From a virus (lineage: Duplodnaviria > Caudoviricetes): DNA of 46,671 nt. The stretch is from IMG/VR virus record IMGVR_UViG_3300005915_000032, positions 1 to 46,671 of that record. One strand, given 5' to 3'. Under the pieces are notes generated by a model. That model saw nothing but the letters and a program-made list of their open reading frames with translations, did not search any database and was not told the DNA's origin. Shown in pieces: positions 29,806-38,051 of the stretch (the first letter of the stretch is position 1; each line of letters opens with the position of its first letter). Both the position numbers and the translations under genes were made by a program.

Positions 29806-31012
29806 AAATTTCTATATCAAAACTCTCTTTATTTTTAATACACTTATATACATCTTCATCTATACTGCCTTTCACAACTAGTGATAAATACACATTCTTC
29901 TTAATGTTGTTCAATCTTTGAATCCTACCTTTTATCTGAATATAGTCCTTTAAACTAAACGAATAACTATAGAACACCATTATTGGGAACGACGGGAGTT
30001 CATATCCTTCCGAACAAGCTGCATTAATGATGGCCACACTTTCTTTGGAGTTTTCCGCATCTCTAATGGCTTCGTGTCTGTTGTTGGTTTTACCGTTGAT
30101 GATAAAAACGTTATTCTGTTTGTTAAGTTTTTCTTTGATGGTTTCAATTTCATAATTATATCTACATACGATAATTAGCTTTTTATGTTCTTGTGCTAGT
30201 TGCACTATACGGTCCATCTTCTCACTCTTAAATGACTGGTTTTCTCTGTAGCCATCAGACTTTAAAGTACCACCACATATTTGATGTGTAAGTGTCCAAC
30301 GTACTATTGGATTAACATCCTCAATGTTTTCTATAGCTTTCTTCTGCTCTGAGGTTAATGCAAAATATTCAATCTGAAATATCTGGGATGGCAATTCAAC
30401 ACATTCATCCATTCTAACTGTATTACCTATCTTATTGACTAACTTAGCTATTGCTTCCTCCACTGGTATTTCTACACCATTTGCTTCAAGGACTCTTTTC
30501 TTAACAACAGGTACTGGGAATCTTCTACCGAAATTTACCATTGAAAAGAATAAGTTCTTAAAATTCATGTAATCCCACTTGTGCCCCAATATCTCAGCCA
30601 GTGCATAGATATTCCATGGTGTTGAGAGATATGGTGTGCCAGTAAGGCCGTATATCTGCTCTGGGTTATGTTTTTTTATATAAGCAAGTAATGCTTTTAA
30701 CATTGCTGACTTTTTCTTTATACTTCTCATACCACTGAAGTAGTGGATTTCATCAATCAAAATTGTGTTGTACTTTGGTAATAATAAATGTTTTTTCTTA
30801 AATTCCTCCTTGGTGTAAACATCTATATCAAATTCTTCTTCTTCAACCCATTGTTGTTTTAATGATTTTGGGACTATTACCAAGGCTTTATGTTTTATTA
30901 GTGATAGTGCCCCATAAGTCTTCCCGGTGCCAACCTCCCATGCTAATAGATGTTTGTCCGGTGCTTTATCTACTAATTCTTGTTGATGCTTATATAGTTT
31001 TATCTTCATCAT
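29783..31012 (-). CDS. SNF2-like SF2 helicase
   Basis: LYKHQ Q-motif, GTGKT, DEIH, LTGTP, EGYEL, QIKGRIQR. Confidence 0.9.
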   Translation of the reverse strand: MMKIKLYKHQQELVDKAPDKHLLAWEVGTGKTYGALSLIKHKALVIVPKSLKQQWVEEEEFDIDVYTKEEFKKKHLLLPKYNTILIDEIHYFSGMRSIKKKSAMLKALLAYIKKHNPEQIYGLTGTPYLSTPWNIYALAEILGHKWDYMNFKNLFFSMVNFGRRFPVPVVKKRVLEANGVEIPVEEAIAKLVNKIGNTVRMDECVELPSQIFQIEYFALTSEQKKAIENIEDVNPIVRWTLTHQICGGTLKSDGYRENQSFKSEKMDRIVQLAQEHKKLIIVCRYNYEIETIKEKLNKQNNVFIINGKTNNRHEAIRDAENSKESVAIINAACSEGYELPSFPIMVFYSYSFSLKDYIQIKGRIQRLNNIKKNVYLSLVVKGSIDEDVYKCIKNKESFDIEIYDRSKKK

Positions 31013-31298
31013 ACATAAACATAACTTCTAATAAAACATCCATACTTATGTCTGTTTTTTTGTGCAAAGCTATAATTAATAATAATTTATAACTAACTTC
31101 CCTCCCACATATTTTTTTCTTAATAAAATTATGTGTTTCTTCCATTAAATTATCCATGTCAAACATATTTAAAAGGAACTCATGCATTGGGATAGCATCA
31201 TCTATTGCTTTTTGCCATACCTTTTTACCACCCAACCTAATACATTCATCAGGGTCACTATATCCTCCCATTGTGGCCATTACTTTACAATTTATCAT
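30990..31298 (-). CDS. hypothetical protein
   Basis: ORF overlapping its neighbours. Confidence 0.5.
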   Translation of the reverse strand: MINCKVMATMGGYSDPDECIRLGGKKVWQKAIDDAIPMHEFLLNMFDMDNLMEETHNFIKKKICGREVSYKLLLIIALHKKTDISMDVLLEVMFMYDEDKTI

Positions 31299-31584
31299 AA
31301 TGCGTATCTCTAATTATCTTGTTTAGTGAGTCTGCTCTTTTGAACTTGACTAGTGTGCGATCTGGTCTAATTATTATTTGATCTGTATTTCTTGGATTTG
31401 CTATTCTTCTTGCAGTTGATAAGAAAGTTTTGAATACTCCGAACTTCTCAATCCGGACATTCTCACCATTCTTTAATGCCTCTATCATTTCTTCAACCAT
31501 GCAGTTGATTACTTTCCTAGAAACATCATTTATAACTCCAGACCTTCTAGCCGTTCTCCTCGCTAATTCTTTTGTGTTTATCAT
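31285..31584 (-). CDS. HU/IHF-family DNA-binding protein
   Basis: 'NTKELAR', 'GENVRIEKFGVFK..ARRIANPRN..VKFK'. Confidence 0.9.
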   Translation of the reverse strand: MINTKELARRTARRSGVINDVSRKVINCMVEEMIEALKNGENVRIEKFGVFKTFLSTARRIANPRNTDQIIIRPDRTLVKFKRADSLNKIIRDTHYDKL

Positions 31585-31649
31585 ATTGTTATTTTAATAA
31601 TTACCTCATCCCAGATCCCCGGCGAAATGTGAGGAACTGAGGGGGATAA

Positions 31650-32231
31650 CTATAGTGCTGGTGTTGGCACGTTAATATCATCCATTGTTGGTTCGGTGGC
31701 ACCGAGCTGCGGTAGTTCATCCATTACTTTCTTCTTCATAGCCAGAATAATCTCTGAAACAGGTTTGATTGTAGCTTCTACTAATTGTGTTACTTCTGGT
31801 GTTAAAGGATCTTTATTAGGTGTTGGTGTTACTGTATACTTTGTTTTAAGTAGTTCTCCAGTCTTTGTAATGACAATGTCATATTCAGGTACACCTTCAA
31901 ATCCCCAATCACTACTATTGGCAAGCTCTCCAATAGATTTAATAATTTGATAACCGATTTGTGCTAATCCAATACTATCTGTCTTACGATCTAATACCCA
32001 CATTAGAAAAACTGGTTTTGATTCTAATCCAGCCGCACAATATATGCAACCTTTTTCTTTACCAATGCAGGTAAAACTTCTGTTATCTTCTTTAATCCAG
32101 TGATTACCATAGACTTCAAATTCTGATAGGATTCTTACTCTATTTTCACCTTGTTGAGGTTTCCAGTAGTTTGTACCGCCTCCGATGTTGTTGTCTTTTG
32201 CCACTTGTTCGTGGTCATTAAATTTACCCAT
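31650..32231 (-). CDS. single-stranded DNA-binding protein (gp32-like)
   Basis: 'YWKPQQGENRVRIL', H..C..CIYC Zn site, 'YDIVITKTG..TKYTV', acidic tail. Confidence 0.75.
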   Translation of the reverse strand: MGKFNDHEQVAKDNNIGGGTNYWKPQQGENRVRILSEFEVYGNHWIKEDNRSFTCIGKEKGCIYCAAGLESKPVFLMWVLDRKTDSIGLAQIGYQIIKSIGELANSSDWGFEGVPEYDIVITKTGELLKTKYTVTPTPNKDPLTPEVTQLVEATIKPVSEIILAMKKKVMDELPQLGATEPTMDDINVPTPAL

Positions 32232-32254
32232 ACGTTTGTTTTGTTATTTAATAA

Positions 32255-32940
32255 TTATATAAATTTCTTGAATTTGTTATATATCATTTCTGTTTGGACT
32301 AAATCATCCAAACAATGTTGTTTTAATTCTTCATCTGTGGCTGTAGAAAAAAATTCATCACCTTTGGTTTTTTTCTCTATACCACAATATATCTGTAAAT
32401 AATCATCAAGTGATTTTCTATTCTGTACTGACATACCACCAATAATTTCAATTAAATCTATATGTCGGATTAAGTTTCGATCTGGTTCTGTGGTATATGC
32501 AAAATTTGGTGATTTACTTCTTATACAATTATTATTTATTAAATTATATGGTAACTTTAACCCTTTTTTTAATCCAGCTTTTAAAAGAAGAGGAAGATCA
32601 AAGGTTCTTCCATTGAATGTGATTATTGTAATATTTTGTTTTAAAACTTTTGATGATCCACGTTCTTCTAAAATATTAGTGTTAAACCATTCTTCCATTT
32701 CTTCTAACTTATAACACTTACCTTCTTTAAATTCTGTTCCGACTCTCTTAATTCCTATACAAACTATTTCTGCATAATCAGGATCAACTGACATTTTCTT
32801 TCTTAAAGATTTTTTTTAACTTCAATATCTAAGGCAATTTTGTCTGGGTCCTTAAGATTAGATCGAGGTTTAATATTTTCTCCAAAAACTTTTATTAAAT
32901 TTTCTTGTGGTTTTGTTTCAATATCAATTATAAATTCCAT
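32255..32940 (-). CDS. DEDD 3'-5' exonuclease (PolB-exo/DnaQ-like), split by a 1-base frameshift
   Basis: ExoI 'IDIET' in upstream frame from ATG 32940; ExoII 'TFNGRTFDLP' and ExoIII 'HCLDD' downstream; frames join at A8 run 32810-32817. Confidence 0.8.
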
Positions 32941-32944
32941 AATA

Positions 32945-33934
32945 TTATTCTTTATTTAATAAACTATACTTAGCTACTACTTGATATAATGTAATGTATC
33001 CATTCTCTGTATGTGTGTGAAATTGATCTTTTGTTTTTTCAGTATATCCATTACTAACCAAGAACTCTTGATACCTCTTTTCTTCGTTTAGTTTCTTTTC
33101 TTGTTCTTTTTTCTTAGCTTCAAGTTCTGCCCTAATGGCCTTATCTTGTTCTATCTCATCCAACCTAGCCTTCTCCTTACTCTCCTGCTCATCAATTAAG
33201 TCCTGTTTCTCTTTAGCTGCTTTTACCTTCTCAGCTTCAACAGCATCTTTCTTATCTTGTTCTGCTTTACGTGCTGCATCATCACGCTCTTTTGCTACAC
33301 GTTCAGTCTCGGCAATAGCATCTAGTCTAGCCTGAGCTTTAGCATCTTCGACTGCCTTTTCTTTAGCTTCTTGAAGTTTCCTATCATCTTCAAGCTTTTT
33401 CTTATCAGCTTCAAGTTTGTCCTTCTCTTCTTGTAGCTTTCTATCTTCCTCTCCCTTTCTTAGTCTAGCTTCCTCTTCTTTATTATCGAGATATAATGCT
33501 TTTTCATTTAGATAAAACTCTGAATATTGTTTATCATCCATAGTTAATACTTCTTCGTCTGTTATTTTTGATTCTATCATATTTAAATCAAGTCTTCTAT
33601 TTGGTAGAAAATTTAATCTACTTTTTCTTTCCTTCTCTTCATCTATCTCCTTAATCTTTTCATCGAGGTCTGTTTCAACAGGCTCAATTATTTTTAGAAA
33701 ATCTTTTTGTACATCTAGGATTTTTTCAGCGTAAGCTCTCGCTATAGATCTCTCATCTTTAAAATCTTTGATTATTGCAGTACGTTCTTTTTGTAAGATT
33801 TTCTTGTTCTCTTTCATTAGTGCGTATCCGGATTTATCACCGGGCATACTAATGACTGTTTTTTTAACATTCTCAACTAAGGTGACTAATTCAGCCTTCC
33901 TAGGATCGAACTTCTCAATGTTTAATTCTTGCAT
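32945..33934 (-). CDS. coiled-coil protein (DUF1351-like N-terminus)
   Basis: E/K/A-rich helical protein in the recombination module. Confidence 0.55.
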   Translation of the reverse strand: MQELNIEKFDPRKAELVTLVENVKKTVISMPGDKSGYALMKENKKILQKERTAIIKDFKDERSIARAYAEKILDVQKDFLKIIEPVETDLDEKIKEIDEEKERKSRLNFLPNRRLDLNMIESKITDEEVLTMDDKQYSEFYLNEKALYLDNKEEEARLRKGEEDRKLQEEKDKLEADKKKLEDDRKLQEAKEKAVEDAKAQARLDAIAETERVAKERDDAARKAEQDKKDAVEAEKVKAAKEKQDLIDEQESKEKARLDEIEQDKAIRAELEAKKKEQEKKLNEEKRYQEFLVSNGYTEKTKDQFHTHTENGYITLYQVVAKYSLLNKE

Positions 33935-33936
33935 AT

Positions 33937-34275
33937 TTATTCTTTATTTAATAAATCATTTATATAAAACCCTACTTTGCCTAGGTCTTCATCACCTCCT
34001 TTGTGCTTCTCACGCCAGACATACTTGATGCAGTTCCCCTTGATATAACCCCTATACTCCTCCACAGTAAGCGCCGCCCTGATCGCATCCTTCGCTTCGA
34101 TTCCACCCTTGGTATAGTGCGGTGGGTGGTTTACTAGGTCGGGGGTTAGTGTTGTTTTATCAATATTATCTTCTTCATCAACTGCACATTTGAAACGGTC
34201 ACCACAATCAAAATGCTCTGCATCTATATCAGTGTCGATTCCTTTGTTGCAATAACTACAATATTGTATTGACAT
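33937..34275 (-). CDS. DUF3310 protein
   Basis: 'VNHPPHYTKGGIE..GNCIKYVWR..HKGG.EDL.K..FY'. Confidence 0.9.
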   Translation of the reverse strand: MSIQYCSYCNKGIDTDIDAEHFDCGDRFKCAVDEEDNIDKTTLTPDLVNHPPHYTKGGIEAKDAIRAALTVEEYRGYIKGNCIKYVWREKHKGGDEDLGKVGFYINDLLNKE

Positions 34276-34295
34276 AATGTTATCGATATTAATAA

Positions 34296-34393
34296 TTAAT
34301 TAACTATAGGGCAGCAGCTAAACTGCCGACCCTTCAATTTAAAATCCCCATCTTAAACTGGTGGAATCTAGTAACCACCCTACAGCCAATTAA
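34296..34393 (-). ncRNA. putative cloverleaf-like structured RNA
   Basis: 16-bp closing stem with 3 G-U on the - strand enclosing three hairpins. Confidence 0.55.
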
Positions 34394-34451
34394 GTTGAGG
34401 ATTTTTTTTAAGAAAACCCCCGAAAAACTTATTGTGCCACTTATAGTGTGG

Positions 34452-35126
34452 CTATTTCTTAATCTTCACATTATAACCAAATTTATTACATACATCCTGC
34501 ATTGTTACTTCTTTAACTTCCTCTTTATTTTTATATGTTAATTTTCCCTCTAAACAAATAGGTTCTTGATGTTTTTCTCTTTTTGCTTTTATCGAAACAC
34601 ATTTTATAGAATTATATACACAACAAAATGCGCAGTACGAAATGTCCTCTGCGTCAATGTTCCTTGCGTCAATGTTCCCTGCGTTAATGTTCCTTGCGTT
34701 AATGTTCCCTGCGTCAATGTTCCATGCGTTAATGTCCTCTGCGTCAATGTTCCCTGCGTTAATGTCCTCTGCGTCAATGTTCCCTGCGTTAATGTTCCCT
34801 GCGTTAATGTCCTCTGCGTCAATGTTCCATGCGTCAATGTTCCCTGCGTTAATGTCCTCTGCGTTAATGTTCCCTGCGTTAATGTCCTCTGCGTCAATGT
34901 TCCATGCGTCAATGTTCCCTGCGTTAATGTCCTCTGCGTCAATGTTCCATGCGTCAATGTTCCCTGCGTTAATGTTCCCTGCGTTAATGTTCCCTGCGTT
35001 AATGTTCCCTGCGTCAATAGATGCTTCGATGGAAATGCTACATTCAAACTTAACATCTCCATTTATTATTAGATTACCATCTTTAATATCTCTATCTACT
35101 TCTTTTTGTGTTTTATAAATTTTCAT
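34452..35126 (-). CDS. pentapeptide-repeat protein A (I[N/D]Axx x25)
   Basis: Non-repeat N- and C-caps homologous to 37224-37904. Confidence 0.8.
   Translation of the reverse strand: MKIYKTQKEVDRDIKDGNLIINGDVKFECSISIEASIDAGNINAGNINAGNINAGNIDAWNIDAEDINAGNIDAWNIDAEDINAGNINAEDINAGNIDAWNIDAEDINAGNINAGNIDAEDINAGNIDAEDINAWNIDAGNINARNINAGNIDARNIDAEDISYCAFCCVYNSIKCVSIKAKREKHQEPICLEGKLTYKNKEEVKEVTMQDVCNKFGYNVKIKK
34644..35018 (-). repeat. 15-bp tandem repeat, 25 copies
   Basis: Unit ATT-RAC-GCA-(GGG/TGG/AGG/GAG)-RAC; counted directly. Confidence 0.95.
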
Positions 35127-35171
35127 AATTTTTCTATTTAATAATTAATTCTTAAAAAGAGGGTAAGTTAT

Positions 35172-35372
35172 TTACCCTGTGGCATTTCCTGCATGTGCAT
35201 TGCAGTAAAATCCGTTTGAAGAGCGATAGTGTTGCATGATTGAACATACTCTGTTTACTTTTGTTTGTTTTGGTTTGAAACGACCTTGATAGCCTATTGA
35301 TACTTTTTTACATAAAAGTGTTCCACATGTTGTACATTCTACTTTTTCTTTACAGTTAGTTGGGCAGGGCAT
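35172..35372 (-). CDS. Cys-rich small protein
   Basis: CPTNC, CTTC, YCNAH. Confidence 0.55.
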   Translation of the reverse strand: MPCPTNCKEKVECTTCGTLLCKKVSIGYQGRFKPKQTKVNRVCSIMQHYRSSNGFYCNAHAGNATG

Positions 35373-35538
35373 TTTTTTTATTCCTTTCTCTCTCAGTTAA
35401 ATACAATCGTCTTTCTCTTCCGTTATAGAAATTAGTTTTATTCCTTTTAATAACATATTTGCCGATTCTTAATAACCAATTACTTCTTATAGTTCCTATT
35501 CTTCTTTCTTTCATTAGGCCTCCCTTTATTACCACCAA
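35356..35538 (-). CDS. basic hypothetical protein
   Basis: ORF track; internal ATG after GGAGG is the likely start. Confidence 0.45.
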   Translation of the reverse strand: MVVIKGGLMKERRIGTIRSNWLLRIGKYVIKRNKTNFYNGRERRLYLTERERNKKNALPN

Positions 35539-35650
35539 CCCCGCAGGCTACCAAATAAGCCTATTAAGGTTACTACTGTTGCTAATCCTAAACTGATATA
35601 AATTGGGTCGATGTATATTTGCCACATTGGTTATTTTCCTCCTTGTTGTT

Positions 35651-35827
35651 TTATTCAGTACTCACTGTTGTTTTTTTGTCTGCCTTTCCGCTTTGTAAGT
35701 CGATTATCTCTTCGCACCTACAATCTATTCTATCATCAAGTTCTTTTAGTCTATCTCTTACTGTTAAAATATTTATATGAACTATAAAATATAATAATAA
35801 AACTAATATTAAACTTATTATTGTCAT
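35651..35827 (-). CDS. single-TM hypothetical protein
   Basis: MTIISLILVLLLYFIV... hydrophobic N-terminus. Confidence 0.5.
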   Translation of the reverse strand: MTIISLILVLLLYFIVHINILTVRDRLKELDDRIDCRCEEIIDLQSGKADKKTTVSTE

Positions 35828-35841
35828 ACTATTCCTTACAG

Positions 35842-36075
35842 GCCTCACGCTCAATGTCGTTTAGCTTTTTAATTATTTCTTTAATAATCTCTTTCGTTAT
35901 CAGAACAACAATTACCAGTCATTACTGTTGTCTCATAGTGTTTATCGCAATATCCATTTGTACAATATGAACAGTGACACGTAGCTTCTTCACCACACAC
36001 ACAACAAGTTTTATCTTTTTTCATATTATTTCTTCTTAGCCTCATGCTCAATGTCATTTAGCTTTTTAATTATTT
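35842..36075. repeat. 37-bp direct repeat pair (35842-35878, 36039-36075)
   Basis: gcctcaYgctcaatgtcRtttagctttttaattattt, 2 mismatches, flanking a small gene. Confidence 0.9.
35881..36024 (-). CDS. Zn-finger-like small protein (47 aa)
   Basis: MKKDKTCCVCGEEATCHCSYCTNGYCDKH... Confidence 0.6.
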   Translation of the reverse strand: MKKDKTCCVCGEEATCHCSYCTNGYCDKHYETTVMTGNCCSDNERDY

Positions 36076-36199
36076 TATCACCATCGAAAGTATAAAAATG
36101 TCTGTTAGATATTTTATCACCATATACATAACATCCTATAGACTTTTCAAATTTAGGGTCGTAGCCACATCTTATACATGTTTTGCTTTTTTCTTTCAT
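36026..36199 (-). CDS. small protein (57 aa)
   Basis: MKEKSKTCIRCG...KKLNDIEHEAKKK; ATGA overlap with upstream gene. Confidence 0.55.
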   Translation of the reverse strand: MKEKSKTCIRCGYDPKFEKSIGCYVYGDKISNRHFYTFDGDKIIKKLNDIEHEAKKK

Positions 36200-36417
36200 A
36201 ATTCATCAGATAATCTATCAAGTGCTTCTTGGTGTTCTTTTAGTTGTGATTTCATTACTGACCTGTATTTGATGTCTTGTTCTTCTAGGATTTCTTTAAT
36301 TAAATTATTTAATGGATACACGCCCATTTCACTTTCTATTTCTATTACTTCACCATAAACATCATCGGATTTATATTTATTGATTAGCTCCTCCCACTCA
36401 TTATTTATTTTAGCCAT
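36196..36417 (-). CDS. acidic hypothetical protein
   Basis: ORF track. Confidence 0.55.
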   Translation of the reverse strand: MAKINNEWEELINKYKSDDVYGEVIEIESEMGVYPLNNLIKEILEEQDIKYRSVMKSQLKEHQEALDRLSDEL

Positions 36418-36586
36418 ATTTTTATATTATTTTAATACCAAATATTGTTAACCAAATTATATGTTTAGTCCTCCAAGCCCAATCTATATTAAATAAATAC
36501 CAACCATTTATTTCTAGTATCATAATATAGCTTGTTGAGCGTTTGTTTATGTGTATGTCTAATAATGTGAATGTCATATATTTAAG

Positions 36587-36739
36587 TTATTTCTTATCCC
36601 GATAGTGTTCACAATCGTATCCTTTTCTCGGAGATTCAGTAAGATATGATTGGCTGTAAGGTGAGGCAGGAGAAGTAAAACGATAACATTTGTTTCTCAT
36701 CTTACACTTATTGTCACTACATTTTGTTATGTCTGGCAT
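36587..36739 (-). CDS. small Cys protein (50 aa)
   Basis: MPDITKCSDNKCKMRNKCYRFT..QSY..CEHY, a recurrent small phage protein type. Confidence 0.65.
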   Translation of the reverse strand: MPDITKCSDNKCKMRNKCYRFTSPASPYSQSYLTESPRKGYDCEHYRDKK

Positions 36740-36748
36740 ATATTTATA

Positions 36749-36859
36749 TTATTCATTATCGCCTACATACAGCACGTCTGCCAGCTCCAGCTATCTGTAA
36801 CCGTTCGCCTCAACACTAAACGTAATCGCTCGTGTTAATATGTAGGTGGTAATAAACAA
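36749..36859 (-). ncRNA. RNA cassette U1 of array
   Basis: TTGTTTATTACCACCTACATA...TATGTAGGCGATAATGAATAA closing stem. Confidence 0.6.
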
Positions 36860-36991
36860 TTATTAACTATATTCTATAGAGCAACTCTCAGGTCGTCACC
36901 CACCCCATTCTTCACGCAACACAGCTAGGTTAACTTCACTGTATCTTATTGTTTCTTAGGTATTCGCTACTCTATAGAATGTAATAAACAA
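36860..36991 (-). ncRNA. RNA cassette U2 of array
   Basis: TTGTTTATTACATTCTATAGAGTAGC...GTTGCTCTATAGAATATAGTTAATAA closing stem. Confidence 0.6.
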
Positions 36992-37202
36992 TTATTTGCT
37001 AAAAGAGAGAGGTAGGGATTTGACGAGAGCTAGCGAGCCAATTATAATCAACTAGCTTTGCCTTATTCCGCGTGTGGCTGATTTTGTTACTCGTATAGTC
37101 ACCCTACATGTACCTAGGATACAGATTTCATACGACCATTATCTGCTTAACACTGTCGTAAAGCGTCTACCTATTCCGCCACTCTCTCTTTTTAATAAAC
37201 AA
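36992..37202 (-). ncRNA. RNA cassette U3: tRNA-like RNA (core 37005-37188) with 77-nt T-loop insertion
   Basis: GAGAGAG/CTCTCTC acceptor, Leu-type D arm GGCGGAATAGGTAGACGC, variable arm, GTAGGGT^TCAAATCCCTAC T arm. Confidence 0.7.
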
Positions 37203-37223
37203 TTATTAATTAACAGCTGGAGG

Positions 37224-37904
37224 TTACACTGTGGAGTCTTTCGTCTCTTTTATCTCTAATTTACCATCAATACAAATTGGATCTAGTGCATTTTCTCTTC
37301 TTTTTTTCCAACTATTACACTTAATTCCTTTGTAACAAATAAAGAAAGCAAAATAACTTATATCCCTACCGTTAAAATCCCCACCGTTAAAATCCCCACC
37401 GTTAAAATCCAAACCGTTAAAATCCAAACCGTTAAAATTCCAACCGTTAAAATCCCTACCGTTAAAATCCCTACCGTTAAAATCCAAACCGTTAAAATCC
37501 CTACCGTTAAAATTCCAACCGTTAAAATCCCCACCGTTAAAATTCCTACCGTTAAAACCCCTACCGTTAAAATCCCCACCGTTAAAATCCCTACCGTTAA
37601 AATTCCAACCGTTAAAATCCCCACCGTTAAAATCCCTACCGTTAAAATCCCTACCGTTAAAATTCCAACCGTTAAAATCCCCACCGTTAAAATCCCTACC
37701 GTTAAAATCCCTACCGTTAAAATTCCAACCGTTAAAATTAAATTTATCAATGTCGTTCTCTAAAAAAAGATTACGACAATAAACATCTCTTAATTCATCC
37801 TTGCTTGGTTCAAATTCAATTCTAATATCTTCTTCTTTTAGAAATAAATCTTTGTTTTCATCTACTAATTTAGCTAATTCTTTTGAGTTTTTTATAATTT
37901 TCAT
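37224..37904 (-). CDS. pentapeptide-repeat protein B (FNGxx x25)
   Basis: Paralog of 34452-35126: MKI.K..KE N-cap; ISY.AF...Y..IKC.S.K..RE....PIC..GKL..K C-cap. Confidence 0.8.
   Translation of the reverse strand: MKIIKNSKELAKLVDENKDLFLKEEDIRIEFEPSKDELRDVYCRNLFLENDIDKFNFNGWNFNGRDFNGRDFNGGDFNGWNFNGRDFNGRDFNGGDFNGWNFNGRDFNGGDFNGRGFNGRNFNGGDFNGWNFNGRDFNGLDFNGRDFNGRDFNGWNFNGLDFNGLDFNGGDFNGGDFNGRDISYFAFFICYKGIKCNSWKKRRENALDPICIDGKLEIKETKDSTV
37362..37736 (-). repeat. 15-bp tandem repeat, 25 copies
   Basis: Unit TTT-AAC-GGT-(AGG/GGG/TGG/TTG)-RRT; counted directly. Confidence 0.95.
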
Positions 37905-37920
37905 ATTATCTAAATCTTAA

Positions 37921-38051
37921 TTATTAATTAACAGCTGGAGGTTACACTGTGGAGTCTTTCATCCCTTGTAACCTCTACACGAGCCTTTACGGCTTTGTAA
38001 CGCTGTAGACCGCTTGCGTGTGTTCACGGCTGTCCAGCTGTTAATAAATAA
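37921..38051 (-). ncRNA. RNA cassette U4 of array
   Basis: TTATTTATTAACAGCTGGA/TCCAGCTGTTAATTAATAA stem; inner GAGGTTACA/TGTAACCTC and AGCC-GTAAA-GGCT hairpins. Confidence 0.6.

Larger units (their letters stand above)
37201..37960. repeat. 42-bp identical direct repeat (37201-37242, 37919-37960)
   Basis: aattattaattaacagctggaggttacactgtggagtctttc flanks repeat gene B. Confidence 0.95.

Noticed and set aside
34566-35118. Overlapping alternative-frame ORFs (CVNVP, MFPAL, TLTQG repeats)
   Set aside because: By-products of a stop-free 15-bp repeat; only one frame has caps conserved with the paralog
37024-37100. Canonical group I intron
   Set aside because: 77 nt is too short and no P7 core is visible
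34644-37736. Diversity-generating retroelement explaining the A/G/T variation in the repeats
   Set aside because: No reverse transcriptase and no TR/VR pair in the window
37358-37750. ILTVG-repeat ORF
   Set aside because: Alternate frame of the same tandem repeat
37921-38051. Twister or hammerhead ribozyme in U4/U5 (GTTACAA, CTGATG)
   Set aside because: Only fragments of the consensus; catalytic core could not be assembled by eye
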